Notes under the pieces: generated by a model | Seen by the model: the letters and a program-made list of their open reading frames with translations, nothing else | The model's database searches: none | What the model was told of the DNA's origin: nothing | Source: Dimargaris cristalligena | Taxonomy: Eukaryota | Direction of reading: 5' to 3' | DNA length: 64,000 bases | Assembly (NCBI GenBank): GCA_003614675.1 | Contig: ML002223.1 | Span: 1 to 64,000, forward strand | In this document: piece after piece, positions 51,101 through 64,000 of the stretch | How positions within the stretch are numbered: the stretch's first letter is position 1 | Layout: the number at the start of each line of letters is the position of its first letter | Position numbers and translations under genes: made by a program

Positions 51101-54100
51101 AACCCTACCACGCATCCCCTCGTCAGTCGACCAGCTTCCCATGCAGTGCCCCCGAAGCTCGAGACTGATCCATCATACGCCTCCTTAGCCAACCGTCTAC
51201 CTTCCGAAATCCTGCCCAATCCTCTTCGGCCTCCTCTCCTGGACACTAAAGGTCCCATACCCTCCTTAGATTCCGGGGGACCTTTCACCCTGGATTCTGT
51301 TATTTCTCGAGATCGATCAGTCACACCGGCCCTGTTCCGTAGCCTATCGCCATATCCACCCGCCGATACCGAAACCCCCTTAATGCCCCGTGGCTCGTCG
51401 GTCGAGTCTCTTAGTACCCACGCTCAACCCATATATGTCCCAGTGTCATCTGAACAGACTTTCATACCACCCCCGTTTAGTCCCATCAATGAAGCCCTGT
51501 CCAGCCTGGTGGAAACTAAGTACGTCGGTACCGGGAAATACGCCCCTCGCCCGCGGCCTCGTGACTGGTCTGCCGAATTGAAACGACGACCCTACCGTGC
51601 CGATCGGGGTCCTCCGCTGCCTTCAATTTACTGCCCCACTGCATGCCGCATGCGGTTGAAGACCGCCCTGCCAGCTGTTTCCCGTGTTTCGGTTATTATT
51701 AATCACCGCCCATCGATCACTGCATTTATGCCCCTTACCCGACGATCCTGCCCACCCTGGCGTCCGCACCCTTTTGTGCCGCGTTGCGTTGAGTTCCCTC
51801 TCGGTGCCCACCCGCGGCGGACCCCTCATCCATCCCACATTCCCGACCTTTTATCCTTTCTTCCCCCTGGCAATTCCGCTCGGTCGTTTTTTTTAGACTC
51901 CTCCTCCTGTAGTTCGGAATCAGATACGGACGACGATTTGATATCTTCGGGCGAGGCCGGCTCGCGTGCTTCAGTGGCCCCTGACGCTCACTTAGGATCC
52001 GATATGGACTCCGCCGAACTGAATCCCGACTTCCAGTCGAAACTTAACTCTTTATTCGATTCTAACCCCAATTCGGATTCCGAGCCTGAACCGGAACCCG
52101 AGCCCTGGGCTCTTACCCCTGCTGAAGGTCGGGTCACCCCGGCCATGTCCCCGGGGCGAACCTCGGTGGTGCGCTCATCCATGGCGTCCACTCCTAGTCA
52201 CCGTAAGAAGCGCCGGCGACTGTTGGACCTAAATATCCCCGTGGATCCCCACGCCCCTAAAGCCCTTCAGGTTGGTTCCGCGGCTCCATCCGAGCCTGCA
52301 CCTCGTCCCCTTGCCGCTCATGGGCTCTACGTTATTCTCCTATCGGAGACGCAATCCACCATGTCCAACCAGTGTGGTTCGCGTTCCCAGAACGACCAAC
52401 GGGCTCCTTCCGCTGCCGATACCCTCCCCCTTCGGTCCTCAGCACCGGTGGCGGGATTTCCCAATCGACGCAGCTTTCTATCCTATTTTCCTCCCGCAAA
52501 TCCCCTTCAGGGCCGTGATCCGGCTACTATGCGAGCCACTCCTACTCCATCCTCCCGGCATATGTCTCCCTTTGACGAGACCGGCCAGACTGTCCCTTCG
52601 CCCCACCTCGTACTTTCCCCCCTCGATTCGGGCCGAGAGTCCCTATCCCACGAGTCCTTCTTAGAGGTGGTCAGGATCTTGTGCCAACAGGCGGCCCTGG
52701 GAGCCTATATGGGCCCGGAAATGTCCGCCGGCGTGGCCTCCTCCCTCCCGCGGCCAGGAGCAGCATCGACCCACCGCCCGGCCAAATCCAATACCGGCAC
52801 GACCGAGTCCAGCTCTCGCCCTTCGCTGGTACGATCTCTTCTTCTTCACCAAGATACGACCACCGTCATTGAATTACAACACACCTTACAGGGAGGCTGG
52901 GCTCGGTTAACGGGCAAATCCATCAATCCCCTCTCATTCCCCAGTATGGAGGGAGAACCCATTATGTTCAAGGGCCCTCTGTCCCTAGCTCAGCTGGCCC
53001 AAATCCCCGAATCAAGTCCCTACAGTATGTCGCTCGGTAAATCCTACATTAAGAAGAAACGCAGCGCCGACTCGGACTTGGAACGTCTTCCTGAGCCCGA
53101 ATTGGTAGTAGGCTACCATTACCCGCCCGTTTTAAATCGGCAACATCCGCCTGTGCCTAATCCAGCCGAGCGGGAGCATACTAGCCAAGGGGCGTTGCAT
53201 TTACAAGCCGACTCGACGATTCTACCCCTATGGGAAAAGCTACAGCTTAGTCCCGTATCCGCGCCCAAGGACATCACTTACTTCGCCCTCGTTCCGTGCC
53301 AAACCCGTAATTCGGAGGACGAGTACCTGACCCGAGCCGTGACGTGGTATTTGAAGGAACTCAGTATTTCCTACCAGACCGCCCGATTAGGCACCCACGC
53401 CCCGGGTCAGATGGATGCCCTCCCCTCCTGGCTAGTCCCAGTAGTGGATCCCGTTCCTTCGGGTGCGGAACCGCCCGTTCCCGACCAGCGGTTGCGGCAC
53501 TTTATGCTCGCTTGCGAGCGGCTAGGAGTGGCCCTTCGGGGTCGGTATCCCATGGAAGACCTCCCTCCGGGCCAGTGGCAGGCCCCAGCCGAAACCTCAC
53601 AGCATATTATGGTCTACTTAATCAACCCCTCCCCCACCCCTGCCTCCATCTTCGAACTCTGCAATTGTATACGAATGCTCCAGGCAGTGTGGCGAAACAA
53701 TCGAAAGGGCTCCCTTCGGTCTGACACTCAGCTCAATTTCCAGATCCTGAACCCCACCACCATCACCCGGGTCTATTCATTGGGCAGTCGGGTTGACTTG
53801 CGCGCCCTTGCCTTTAGCGTCTACACCAAATGCTATCGGGCCCTGTATTCCCTGTACCCCCCCTCTTCGTCCGCCGATACGGCCTCCACTCCTACCAAAC
53901 GCTGGAAATCATGGGGTAAACCCTCGACGCTTGGTTTATCCGCCGAAGAACTCCAACAGCTGTGGGGCCGTAGTTTTACCCCACCGATTACTCTAGCCCG
54001 TTCCCGACCTACCCAGCTGCAGTTCTCGGTGGTCAAGACTTCGCTTCCTTTCGTATCCCCCATCGACTCCAATACCACGATTCACCTCTTTTATTCCCCC

Positions 54101-55288
54101 ACACTGAGTGGCCGTTGGGTACTGGCGGTGTGGATCGATGTCCGGGGCCAGATGATGGACCTGTCGGTATACGAAAACACCTCATCGGCCGGGCCAGGTA
54201 TCACTCCCCCGCGTCCTTGCACTCGTGTAGTTGATTCGGCGGTACTGGCTAAGCTGTGGCTCAAAACGCGAGCCCTGGATACGGTCTATGGCCTGTCGTT
54301 CAAATTTGTCATTTCCCGAATTGGTTCGCTTGGCGAAGCCGAATGGCTGGCGTGGGATCGTCTTCTGGGCGAGCACCCCAGTGTGTCCCTGCTGTCTGTC
54401 TACCCCAAATCGACCTTCTTCGCACTCGCCAACCCCGCTGATCCTGCAGAAACAGTCAAACCGCCCCACCGATCGTCAGGGTCCGATACCAGCCCGTTGA
54501 TGAAAACGGGCAGCAGTGGTGGTGGCTCGCCGTGGGATAAATCTCCGGCAAGCCACGCCATTCCCGGCCGACCACTGCGGCGGGAAAACTCGGGCAATTT
54601 GCCGAGCAAGCAGATGGGCGGACTCCTCGACAAGTCCAACAAAAACACCCCTCTTGGTGCACGCGGAGTGGCGGGGAGTGACTGGCATGAACACCTGGAG
54701 ACCAACAGTGGGTCCGTTCAGGCCTTTATTTTCAACCACCAGCAACTGCTGCCCGCCACTTCCGATGCCTGCGGGACCGTTCCCCCTCCCCTTTTTTCTA
54801 AAGCAACGGGCTATCTCCTCCGTGCTTTCTCGCCGGCCGACTATCGCCACAGTAACGGAGGAAATTCCTTATCGCGGACCCCGTCTACTGCCGCATCGAG
54901 TGGCCGGACTGCGGTGATTGATGACTCCTCCGCCCCAGTACGTCAGTTCTGTACCGAAATCCGTATGCTACGTCCCTCCGGAAGCCAGGCCGTGACTGCC
55001 GTTATGCGGGAAACCCTTCGCCACCTCCACCAGTTGTCCTACTTGAACCACTGGTCGCTTCTACATAACCAGCCGGACACTGTAGCGGAACCTTCTGCCT
55101 CGTTCTCCTCCAAGAGTAGTGGGGGCACCGATGATGGATCAGTTCTGACTTGGGAAGAGGCCTACGGATACGCCGGCGAACGGTTACTGGTGCCGTCGCA
55201 TTACTGGCGATTCATGCCTCTGCCGATTGTCATGCTGCAGCGTATTCAGTGGCTGTTTGCCCAGTTGGAGTCGTCGGCGTCTGATTGA
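48158..55288 (+). CDS. MED13: Mediator kinase-module subunit 13 (multi-exon; last exon ~51013-55288)
   Basis: N-terminal MLTENSLTNILSL|gtaagt, DVTEDDFSFFDD, LWEKLQLSPVSAPKDITYFALVP, HLFYSPTLSGRWVLAVWID and FVISRIGSL match Med13 family motifs. Total size exceeds 1900 aa. Confidence 0.85.
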
Positions 55289-56149
55289 TCTCCAATGGTA
55301 TTAAAACTGGGAGATATGTAAGTGATGGTTTGTTAAAATAGCCTCGGTCTAATAGGCAGTGCACCACTCTATATTTCATGACCGGATTGATTAGACCTCC
55401 CTTTTCTTTTTTCTGTCCTGTTTTTCGCTCAACTTCTCCACCCCCCTATGTTGGTATATATATGTTTTTAAATTATTAATAACCACTAATGTCCATGACC
55501 AGTGCTCTATGTCTTTATAATGGCGTTTAGTGCTCTAATGGTGTTTGCTACCGTATATTATAATTTGTGGTTTCTGTCTCCCCCTTCTCTCCCTCGGTTT
55601 TGATTGCGCCTCGTGTAATAAATATTCTCATAATGACATCTCACCCAACCCTTCGCTGGTAAATAACCACCCAGCCAGGGCCCGTTTAAGTAGTAGGTGG
55701 CTAGCAACTGCATTCGAAATGGTTTGGTATAAAAGGCATTTAGGTATACCATGTATTAGTGATACCGCGGCTAATATGTTATTGAATAACCATCGCTATT
55801 AATGCCCTGGCCAATCTGGTACCCACCAAAGTAAGAGTTTCCGCTGCCCTTTGTTGTATTTAGCCAGTTAAGCCAGGAAAGTCCTGGGTATAAACTAGAC
55901 ATGCCCATTCCCAAGGTGAGCCGAGTCGCTGTAGGGTTCGTGGATATAGTAGCATGCACTCAACTATTCTTGTTTGATAGCCTCTTATATTAAAAGCCAC
56001 TATAGGCAGCCTCCCGTTTGTTTACTCTCCTTTTCCCCGCTTCATTCTCCTCTACCTACTCTACCCGTTTCATTTGCTGCCATTTTATTTGCATTACCCT
56101 TCCTCTCCCCCTTCTTCTCCTTACATACTCTCATTCGGAATATTCCACC

Positions 56150-57450
56150 ATGTACCAGCAGGACCGCTTCTTGCCCCCCTATAGTTCCGCCGAGGATGTG
56201 TGTCCGATTTGCAAGAGCGATCGGTACCTCAACCCGGGCATGAAACTTCTGGTTCCCCCCTGCTACCATAAGATGTGCGAATCCTGTATCGACCGGCTCT
56301 TCTCGTTGGGCCCGGCGCCTTGCCCCGTGTGCCAGCGAATTCTGCGGAAAACCAATTTCTGGACGCAACGCTTCGAGGACCTGAAAGTGGAACGAGAATT
56401 GCAGGTGCGGAAGCGCATCGCCCGTAACTTTAATAAAAGACCGGGTGACTTTAAGGACGTGCGGCAGTACAACGACTACCTGGAGGAGGTGGAAGATATC
56501 AGTAAGTGGATTGAGTTGGATTTCTTTTAAATTTTATATATAAGCATACATTTAGTTTGCTTTAGTTGGCTCGGTTTGATGTATCGCGGATCTTCTCTCA
56601 GTTTAGTTCTAGGTTTTTTGCGCAACTGCTCTATCGATAAGCTAAGCTGAGGGTTGCGCAATGGATTCAAACACCTTTAACCTACTTTCTTGGAACTGGA
56701 ATAAATGGTATTGTTCTGCCTATTCGCTAACGTCACTCGGTTCTCTATTTGTACGTATTCATCCTCCTTAAACCATGGTCGCTCTACCTAGCCTTCAACC
56801 TCGTCAACGGGATCGATGTTGAAGAAACGGAGGAGCGGATCCAGAAGTTTGCGCTTGAGAATCGGGACAGTATTGCGGCCAATTTAGCGCGGGCCCAGCG
56901 CGAAGAGCGAATGTTCAACTACCGCCTGGAACAAGAGAAGGCCGATAAGGAAGTCCAGCGCCAAATGTATCTACAGCAGCTGGAAAAGGAGGAGCTGGCC
57001 CGTACCTCCGAAAAATCGAGCATTATTAACCAACTGGCGACCTCGAACCAGGCGGCCCGGGACATTTTAGCTCAGCGGGCCATTACCCTGAAGCGGTCGT
57101 CGATGCGGCGGCAGCAGGAAGAATCCTCCTCACATTCGTTCCGGTCCCACGACTCGGCCCTCCAGGACCACAGTTGGATGGACCAGGCCCACGACGATGA
57201 TTTCATGGACGTCGACGGGGAGGAATTCTCCCCCTTAGACGACCAGTACGGCCCCGTGGACGGATTCACCCTGCGGACGGACTATTACGACCCCATCTCG
57301 AATTCGCTGCAGAATGTGCAGGTATTGATATCCGGGGGTTATTCCGCCACTTTCGCACACGAACGGGCCCTCGAGGCGGCCTTTACCGGGCTGACCATCG
57401 CCCCCCTAACCGGGCTGTCACCTAATCCCGAGGCGGCCGAACCACAGTAG
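56150..57450 (+). CDS. TFB3: CDK-activating kinase assembly factor MAT1 / TFIIH subunit Tfb3 (exons 56150-56501 and 56792-57450)
   Basis: RING CPICKSDRYLNPGMKLLV..CYHKMCESCIDRLFSLGPAPCPVC and YNDYLEEVEDI|TFNLVNGIDV, joined by a phase-1 intron. Confidence 0.95.
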
Positions 57451-58253
57451 ATGACGGACTGGCGTGTAATTCCGGCAATGTCCTCTCCATGATTCCCTGC
57501 GGGGTATGTATTTTATCTATGTCACTATTCAATAATCACCGCACCGGTGTTGTTTCTGTTGTCAGCTGAAATAATTTTATCCGGTTATTACAGATGCCCA
57601 GTCGACTGCCCATTACTATCGATTAGGCTGCCGCTGAGTAGGCTGTAGTTGGTATTTCTTCAGTATTGGAATAGCGTTGGTGTATACGAATTAATTTTGG
57701 ATACCTTTTCAATCATTTTTAAGCAATAAAGAGACACAGTAGTTCACCGACTTTTATTTGTTCCCATCAGGTTAACCTATATGATAATATTTGGTCCACG
57801 ACTAACAATGCCTAGCAGCTTTGGGATCACTGGCAACCTCGTGATTCTTCTATTATCATACATACATATGGTCGTTCCACAATGACCAAAGGTAATCGAT
57901 GATTCTAGAGTGTAGTTGGCCCAGAATACGTAATAGATGTAAAGAGGTGCATCAGTAGGTTTAGTTGTATTGAAGGCCCGGCCACTGTATCATTGGTTCA
58001 TACTACGCTGGCTGCGTGGGTTTTATGTGGATTGACAGTCAATGCACTGCGCCCAACCCGGGCTTGGATTAAAAGTGGGCCCATATAAAGGGTTGTCGGG
58101 GTTGAAGTGAGCCCATTTAGCCATCCACCGCCCTTCCACTTCGTCCGTCCCATTCCTTCCACATAGTCTTCGTTATTTGTTTCTTCTATAGCCTCGTACC
58201 AGGGCCAAGTCCACTCCCATCGCCCAATCGCAACCCCCTTCACCCGCTTTACC

Positions 58254-60853
58254 ATGTCTTCCTTTCGCCGTTTTCGGGCGGAGCTGAAGTCCACCTCCGC
58301 GGGCTTTAACAATGAGTCCGAGAACCAAGACCCCAACTATGTTAGCCCCGGGGTATTGCAGTCGGCCCGCGGTTCAGGTAAGTTTATTTTTAGAATTGGG
58401 CTGTATTTCATTCGGCGGGACCAAGGTCCATTAGGCACCATTACGGGTTCGTTGGCCGTCGCGGAACTCCTCTCTCGCGACCTTTGCTTTTGAATTTTCC
58501 CCAGCGGTCAATATGCTGTTAACCTAGACCCACCTGTCGCGTCAACCAAGTCCCATATATTGGCGGATGAATGGCGAGTCGGACCAAAAATAGCCTGCTC
58601 GACAAAATGAAGGGCGTTATTAACCATCCCGAACTCACCACTGGTTTCTCCGGCGGAATATATGTCTTGCGAATAAATTATCTATCCCACACAGGTCAAT
58701 TGAATTTATCCAGTCGTGGCCTCACCACTATTCCCGAAGGCGTTTACAATATTATGGACCTTAGTGAAAACCCGACTACCAAAAGCTTCAGCCTATCCGG
58801 CAATAGTGGCCGCTGGTGGGAGAGCGTCGACCTTACCCGCCTAGTTATGAGCAATAATGCCATAACCTCCGTGGACGCCCGCATCATTAATCTCGCCGCA
58901 TTGGCCATGTTGGATCTGAGTCACAACCAGCTAACGACTTTGCCTAAGGAAATTGCTGAGCTAAAGGGCCTGCAGACGGTGAACCTGACCGACAATCTCC
59001 TAACGGACATCCCCGAGGGTCTCTTTGCCCTTGACTTGGTGGAACTGCGTATGGCCCGGAATTCACTAACTACTATTCCTGGGGGACATATGGCCACCTG
59101 GGCCACTTCGCTGGCCCGTTTGGATTTATCTGAAAACCAACTCACCGAACTTCCCGCCGATCTAGGTCAATTAAGTTCTCTGACGAACTTGAATGTAGCC
59201 AAGAACAAGCTGGAGGTATTACCTACCGACTGGTGGCAATGCGCTCGCCTGCTGGATTTGAATGCCGCCGAGAACCGTTTGCGATGCCTGTTTCTGTTGC
59301 CCCCGCAGTCGCTTCCGCCAAAGGGGTCGATCGATATCCGCCTTGATCGCCTCACTTCGCTTGACCTCCACTCCAACACCATGGTGAGCCCCGTAGGCCT
59401 GGGCGTCATTGCATCCGCTGCAGGAACCGCCCCTTCCACCATGGACCTAACCGGCCTTCGCATCCACATGGGTAATTTAAAGGAGCTTAGCCTGTCCTAT
59501 AATCGCCTAGTTACCCTGGGCCCTCTGGTCGACCACTGTCCCGGGCTCTTAACTCTGGACGCCAATGCGAATAAGCTCACCTCCCTCCCCGTCGCCATCT
59601 ACCGTCTCGGCCACATCAGCCGACTGGATATCTCCGCCAACGAATTCAGCCAACTTCCCCTTCGATTGGGTCTATTGGATTCTCTGAAGGTGCTGCTTTT
59701 CGCCGGCAACCCCTTTCGAGTGTACAGCTTAGGTAACAACACGTCCACCATGTTATCCCGTCTCCGGAATCGCCTTTCCCCCGAGGATATTGCGGGGTCC
59801 TTTGAAGATCCCTTGGGGCCTGTCGAGGTGGCCCTAGTCCCCTGGACACAGGCGGTAGAGAACGAAGCCTCTTCGCCTGACCAACCAATCGGTTCCGCGA
59901 ATAATGCCCCAGCCGCTGAAATAGCTCCACCCGAGCCGGCCACTGCCGTCGAGGAGCCCACTCCCCCGGCCGAGCCAACTGCCCCTGAGGTAGAGCCCGA
60001 GTCCCTGGCTGTGGCTGTGGCCAGTAGCACTCCCTTACTCCATGCCGTCATTCAGCCGACTATCCATAAGGGTGATTCCGACGAGCCGTCGACCTCAAGT
60101 GCCATTCCCGATAATTTCGAGGACCAGCACATTCGACTACTCACCCTCAGGCTCGCGTCGCTGGGCCTGACCCAATTGGCCCCTCAGGATATTGACCGAA
60201 TTCCTTTCCAGCCCCGCGATGTTCAACTGGCCCGCAACGCCCTACCGGCTTTTCCTCGCTCTCTGATTGTCTCATACCATAATTCGCTGACTTATTTAGA
60301 CCTATCGCATAACCGCATCACCACTTTCCCCTGGTGGACCGCGGCCGGCCCTGAGGGTGATGCCCACCACCTTCCCCAGCTGCCGTCCCTACGAGTGCTG
60401 AACCTGTCCAACAACCGCATTACAGAATGGCCCGCCCTGGTCCAGGAGCTCCCGCTTGAGGCTAATGGCCAGCCCGGCGTATGTCCCGATCTGATGGTCC
60501 CGGTCAACCAACTGCCTTTCCCCAATCTACAAGAGCTCGTCCTAGCCGATAATTTGCTCACCAAGACCCCCATCTACCCGGTCCAGTCACTCTTCCCCAA
60601 GCTGGATAATCTGAACCTCGACCATAACAAGGTTACCAGTATTCCGTTCCCAACTGCTTTCAAAGGACTGCTGCGCCTCAACTTAGCTAATAATGACATT
60701 GGCTCCATTCCGGCTACCCTCGGGCTTAACACCACCCTGCAGACACTGAGCCTCGAGGGAAACTCGTTCCTATTTCCTCGGTTCCAAACGTTACGTCTAG
60801 GCACTCTCGCCGTTCTTGAGTATTTGCGGGACCGTATTCCGCGCTCATCTTAA
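58254..60853 (+). CDS. LRRC40: Leucine-rich repeat protein, LRRC40 homolog (exons 58254-58377 and 58695-60853)
   Basis: The spliced N-cap ARGSG|QLNLSSRGL...RWWESVDLTRL and C-terminal LEGNSF..PR...GT.AVLEYLRDRIP are LRRC40 signatures. Many LxxLxLxxN repeats. Confidence 0.85.
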
Positions 60854-62249
60854 TTATTGAAGGCCTGTGCCCAGGGTCCTGGATAAGCAGAAAACCAGCC
60901 TGGTCATTTCACCAGTACTATTGCCCACCCACATTGTCGCTATTCACCGGTTTTTATTTTATTGCATATCCCTCTTTTTTTCACTGCTGTTCTCTTGGGC
61001 ATTGTCATTGTTAGTTTGATTTAGGCTTTGTATCCCTCGCCCATTTTTGTGGACTATTTACTGCCGCTTGTTGCATCTATAGGTACTTTGCATTTAACTT
61101 ACTTGCCATCTATTTAGCCAGCGGGAGCTCACCGGTATTGTAGTTTAACCTAGTTAGTTCAGTCCGGGCGGCCGGGTGGATTTAAAGGCCCATTGGCCTA
61201 AAATAAATACATACCACTTGAAACTGCCAACTGCAGGTATGTTTTTAAAAATACTGAAATCCATATTGGCGTTGGGTGATAAAATGTAAGCTGATACGCC
61301 AAAGTCTTATCTATAGATCCAAGCTATCAACCAAGCCACCATAGCGCCCGACTTTTCTTGTGGGCACTTCAGCCGTATGCCACTGCTGCGACTCTCCTAG
61401 TAATATGGTTAACTTTTCAATTGACATGCATACCAGAGGATATATACTCTAATTGTTACATGTAACTGGGTGTCCATGCTCAGCAAGAAATACAGTGCGC
61501 CTGATTGCAGCTGGTTGTTTGAAGGATGTCCACGTTTCCATAGTTACGACTCAAGCAGACTGTTATCTATGAAGTGTAGCCCGACTGACCATTTGATTTA
61601 CAGTCAATTTGAAATACTTTGAACAGCAGCAAACTATTATTGTCACCTATTGATTGTTGTATTAACCGAGCTAACAGGGGTTTATACCGCTCTTCTTAGC
61701 TTTAAAAGAACTCGGTGCCCCTGAGCTAAGCTACGGACGTGGATTGTCACATAGTCTAGGATAGGTTATAGCCGACATGCAATGGCAGCTTCATTCTTGA
61801 TGAAAATGGAAGTATGCGGTCACTAATGACGAGTCGTCTACTGCAATTATTATTTTTTTACAGTATTTTTGTAAGCACCTTAACAATATCTTCATCTGTT
61901 ATTATCTTATTAGAAAATGGTAAATAACTTCATCGCCCGGGTATTGTCATCTGCCCTGTCAGAAGGTACAATTTTCCGGGTCAGACATCGTCCAAATGTC
62001 GAGTGCAGCCGACGCTGCTGGATCCCGGAGTGCGGCCGACTGAACGTCTTTTCCATGCCAGCCAAGTCTGCTGTTTCCCTAGTTTTTTTATAGCCGGGAG
62101 TTTTGGCCAGCCTGGTAAGACACAGCTTTTCATTGTATTATTCGTTCTCATCGTGCAGTTGCCCTCTTATCATAAATGCAGGCAGACTTTAGATTATATT
62201 ATACAGTACTTTCTAGTGAGGGGTTGTTTATTAACCAGCTGTTATTCAA

Positions 62250-62292
62250 ATGGGTGAAATTCGGCCCAGCTGTATAGGGTTATCAATGATAT
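62250..62292 (+). repeat. Dispersed 43-bp repeat, copy 2
   Basis: ATGGGTGAAATTCGGCCCAGCTGTATAGGGTTATCAATGATAT; matches 37007-37049. Confidence 0.8.
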
Positions 62293-63562
62293 TGTAACCT
62301 AGTGCCGAGTAGGGCAGGATGAAGGGTGAGGAAAATGGAGCTGAGTGGAGCAGGGTAGATGCGAAATAACTGTAGGCATTTTGGTAAATAATAGTAATTT
62401 ATTTAAAGACACAGAATCCCAGTCCGCTGGGTAGGTGGCTAGTTTTATCCCTCTGGGGCGGGGTGTAGTTCTTGTGTCGACGGGAGAGGGTCGTCCTCCT
62501 CCATTAGGGGGGTAGATTGGACCCCCATGTATATCAGCGGGTTATCCTCCTGAAGGGGGGTATGGTTGGGTTGGCCGTCCTCCAGATTATTCAGGTCGGA
62601 GTTTCCCCTTGGATGCAATATGTGTATGGGAAAATATTTTTAACCAGCAATATTTGCTCCATCCGACAGATTATTCGTTGTACTGCTCAGTTGAGCCTCT
62701 CCCATGTGTTCATTTCAATGGCGCAATAAGGATCAGATCCATGATAATTTATTCTCCTAGCTAATAGTCGGGTTCGCTTGTCAGAACCCCATCCATTTCC
62801 TAGTCCCCAAAGACGTATCGCTTGAACCGAATCCTTCGCTGAAATTTTATCCCAATTCTATGCCCAACTTGGCGACTACACTTGGTTGCTGGGTCTCAAC
62901 TATACAGGTATGGCGTCTGATTGGGATTTAAGGTTTATTATCACTAAATTATACTTGGGGGATACCGCAGTGGCGAATAAGTCATATGCCAATAGCTGAC
63001 CCAACAAAAGGCGGAATTGACGTAGGGATGGTCATATAAAACTGAACAATGCGGGCGGTATAAACATGAATATAGAGGCAATATTTTTGGTAGGATATGT
63101 AATATGTATTGTGTGAGTTCGCATACTTTTACTTCACAAAATAATATCAGTTTGTGGATTGTAGGTGTAACTATACTGGATACACACCCGAGGTTCGATA
63201 TATAGAATAGTCACGATTGTGCCAATGGTTTGCTTAAGGTGAGTTGGGCTACAAGAAGAAATCAGCCGATCTGGAAATGAACGCCATTCCTTTTGAACTC
63301 CACTAGCCAGTGAGAGGGAACCATGCAGTCATTGGAGCCAAGGGGCTAGCCTAAATGGGTAATCTGCCATGATCGTAATGGTCTGTGGTTGGAAATCTGG
63401 CATACGGAAAATAGGGGGAGGGGATAAAGGCCACCAGTAGCCAATATTTATATCTTACCCGGCCCTACCCCTACCCATGCCCCTCCGATTCATCCCCTCC
63501 CCCTCCCACACACTCTTCGCCAGATTTCTACGGCACCATTTAAATGAGCCTAGTCAGTAGGA

Positions 63563-64000
63563 TCATTGGGACTGAGCCCCTAGGTCGCCTTTAGTCTGAT
63601 TTTCTTCGGGTAAGTTGAATTTACCCAACAGGATTTGCATTTCGAGCATATCGATTAAGCATATCATGAGCAATTCCTCTAGGTCGGCGGTGGGCTTTCC
63701 GGGTAAGAAGAGGCGAAGGCGCCCCACCAGCTTCCAGTGGAGACCACCCCGGAAGTCCGCCAACATATTTTCCGTGTTTTTCTCGTAACACTGCATCGAG
63801 AGGGTCAATGGTCGGCGGTTTTGCCAAGTGTAGGTCTTGCCTTCCCACTCGAACTGGAAAGTGGGAAAATGGAGGCCCGTGTCTATATTGAGGGTGGCGA
63901 TCGACTTGGTCCGGGAATTGTAGTAACGCCGGCGTAGAAAGGCATACTGGAACCAGCACTGTTCCCAAACCGTCGCATCCGTTTTGGCGCTGATAAGACG
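63563..64000 (-). CDS. 3' part of a hypothetical protein (possibly DUF6593/tubby-like fold), truncated by the window edge
   Basis: The frame is open from the window end to TGA at 63563: ...FQFEWEGKTYTWQNRRPLTLSMQCYEK...MLADFRG...VGRLRLF...LEELLMICLIDM. The pattern is beta-rich followed by a terminal hydrophobic helix. Confidence 0.55.
   Translation of the reverse strand, partial: RLISAKTDATVWEQCWFQYAFLRRRYYNSRTKSIATLNIDTGLHFPTFQFEWEGKTYTWQNRRPLTLSMQCYEKNTENMLADFRGGLHWKLVGRLRLFLPGKPTADLEELLMICLIDMLEMQILLGKFNLPEENQTKGDLGAQSQ

Noticed and set aside
58571..58694. ORF-track start MASRTKNS for the LRR protein
   Set aside because: It lies inside the predicted intron; splicing from exon 58254-58377 restores the conserved ARxSGQLNLS cap.
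63621..63968. 115-aa minus-strand ORF
   Set aside because: Alternative frame; the overlapping frame ending at 63563 is open to the window edge and looks more protein-like.

Overview
Eukaryotic genomic DNA with GT-AG introns and mostly short intergenic spacers. The gene set (fungal-type Cbf1, CipC/DUF3759, Med13, Tfb3, plus LRRC40 and Tudor-SN) suggests a fungus, probably an early-diverging lineage; this is inference only. Conserved genes: a Cdh1/Fzr-type APC/C activator, SND1, kynurenine 3-monooxygenase, cyclophilin-40, Cbf1-like bHLH, MED13, MAT1/TFB3 and LRRC40. Between KMO and cyclophilin (about 17.2-32 kb) lies a gene-sparse island. It holds a signal-peptide + F-box protein, a CipC-like protein with prion-like flanks, a secreted SMP-30-type propeller with an altered catalytic motif, and two small secreted orphans. 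Other notable points: the first 1.2 kb has no CpG at all, the KMO start ATG is one base out of frame across a C8 run, an intron-dense orphan coiled-coil gene lies at 41-47 kb, and a 43-bp repeat occurs at 37.0 and 62.25 kb. No rRNA, tRNA or CRISPR array was recognised.
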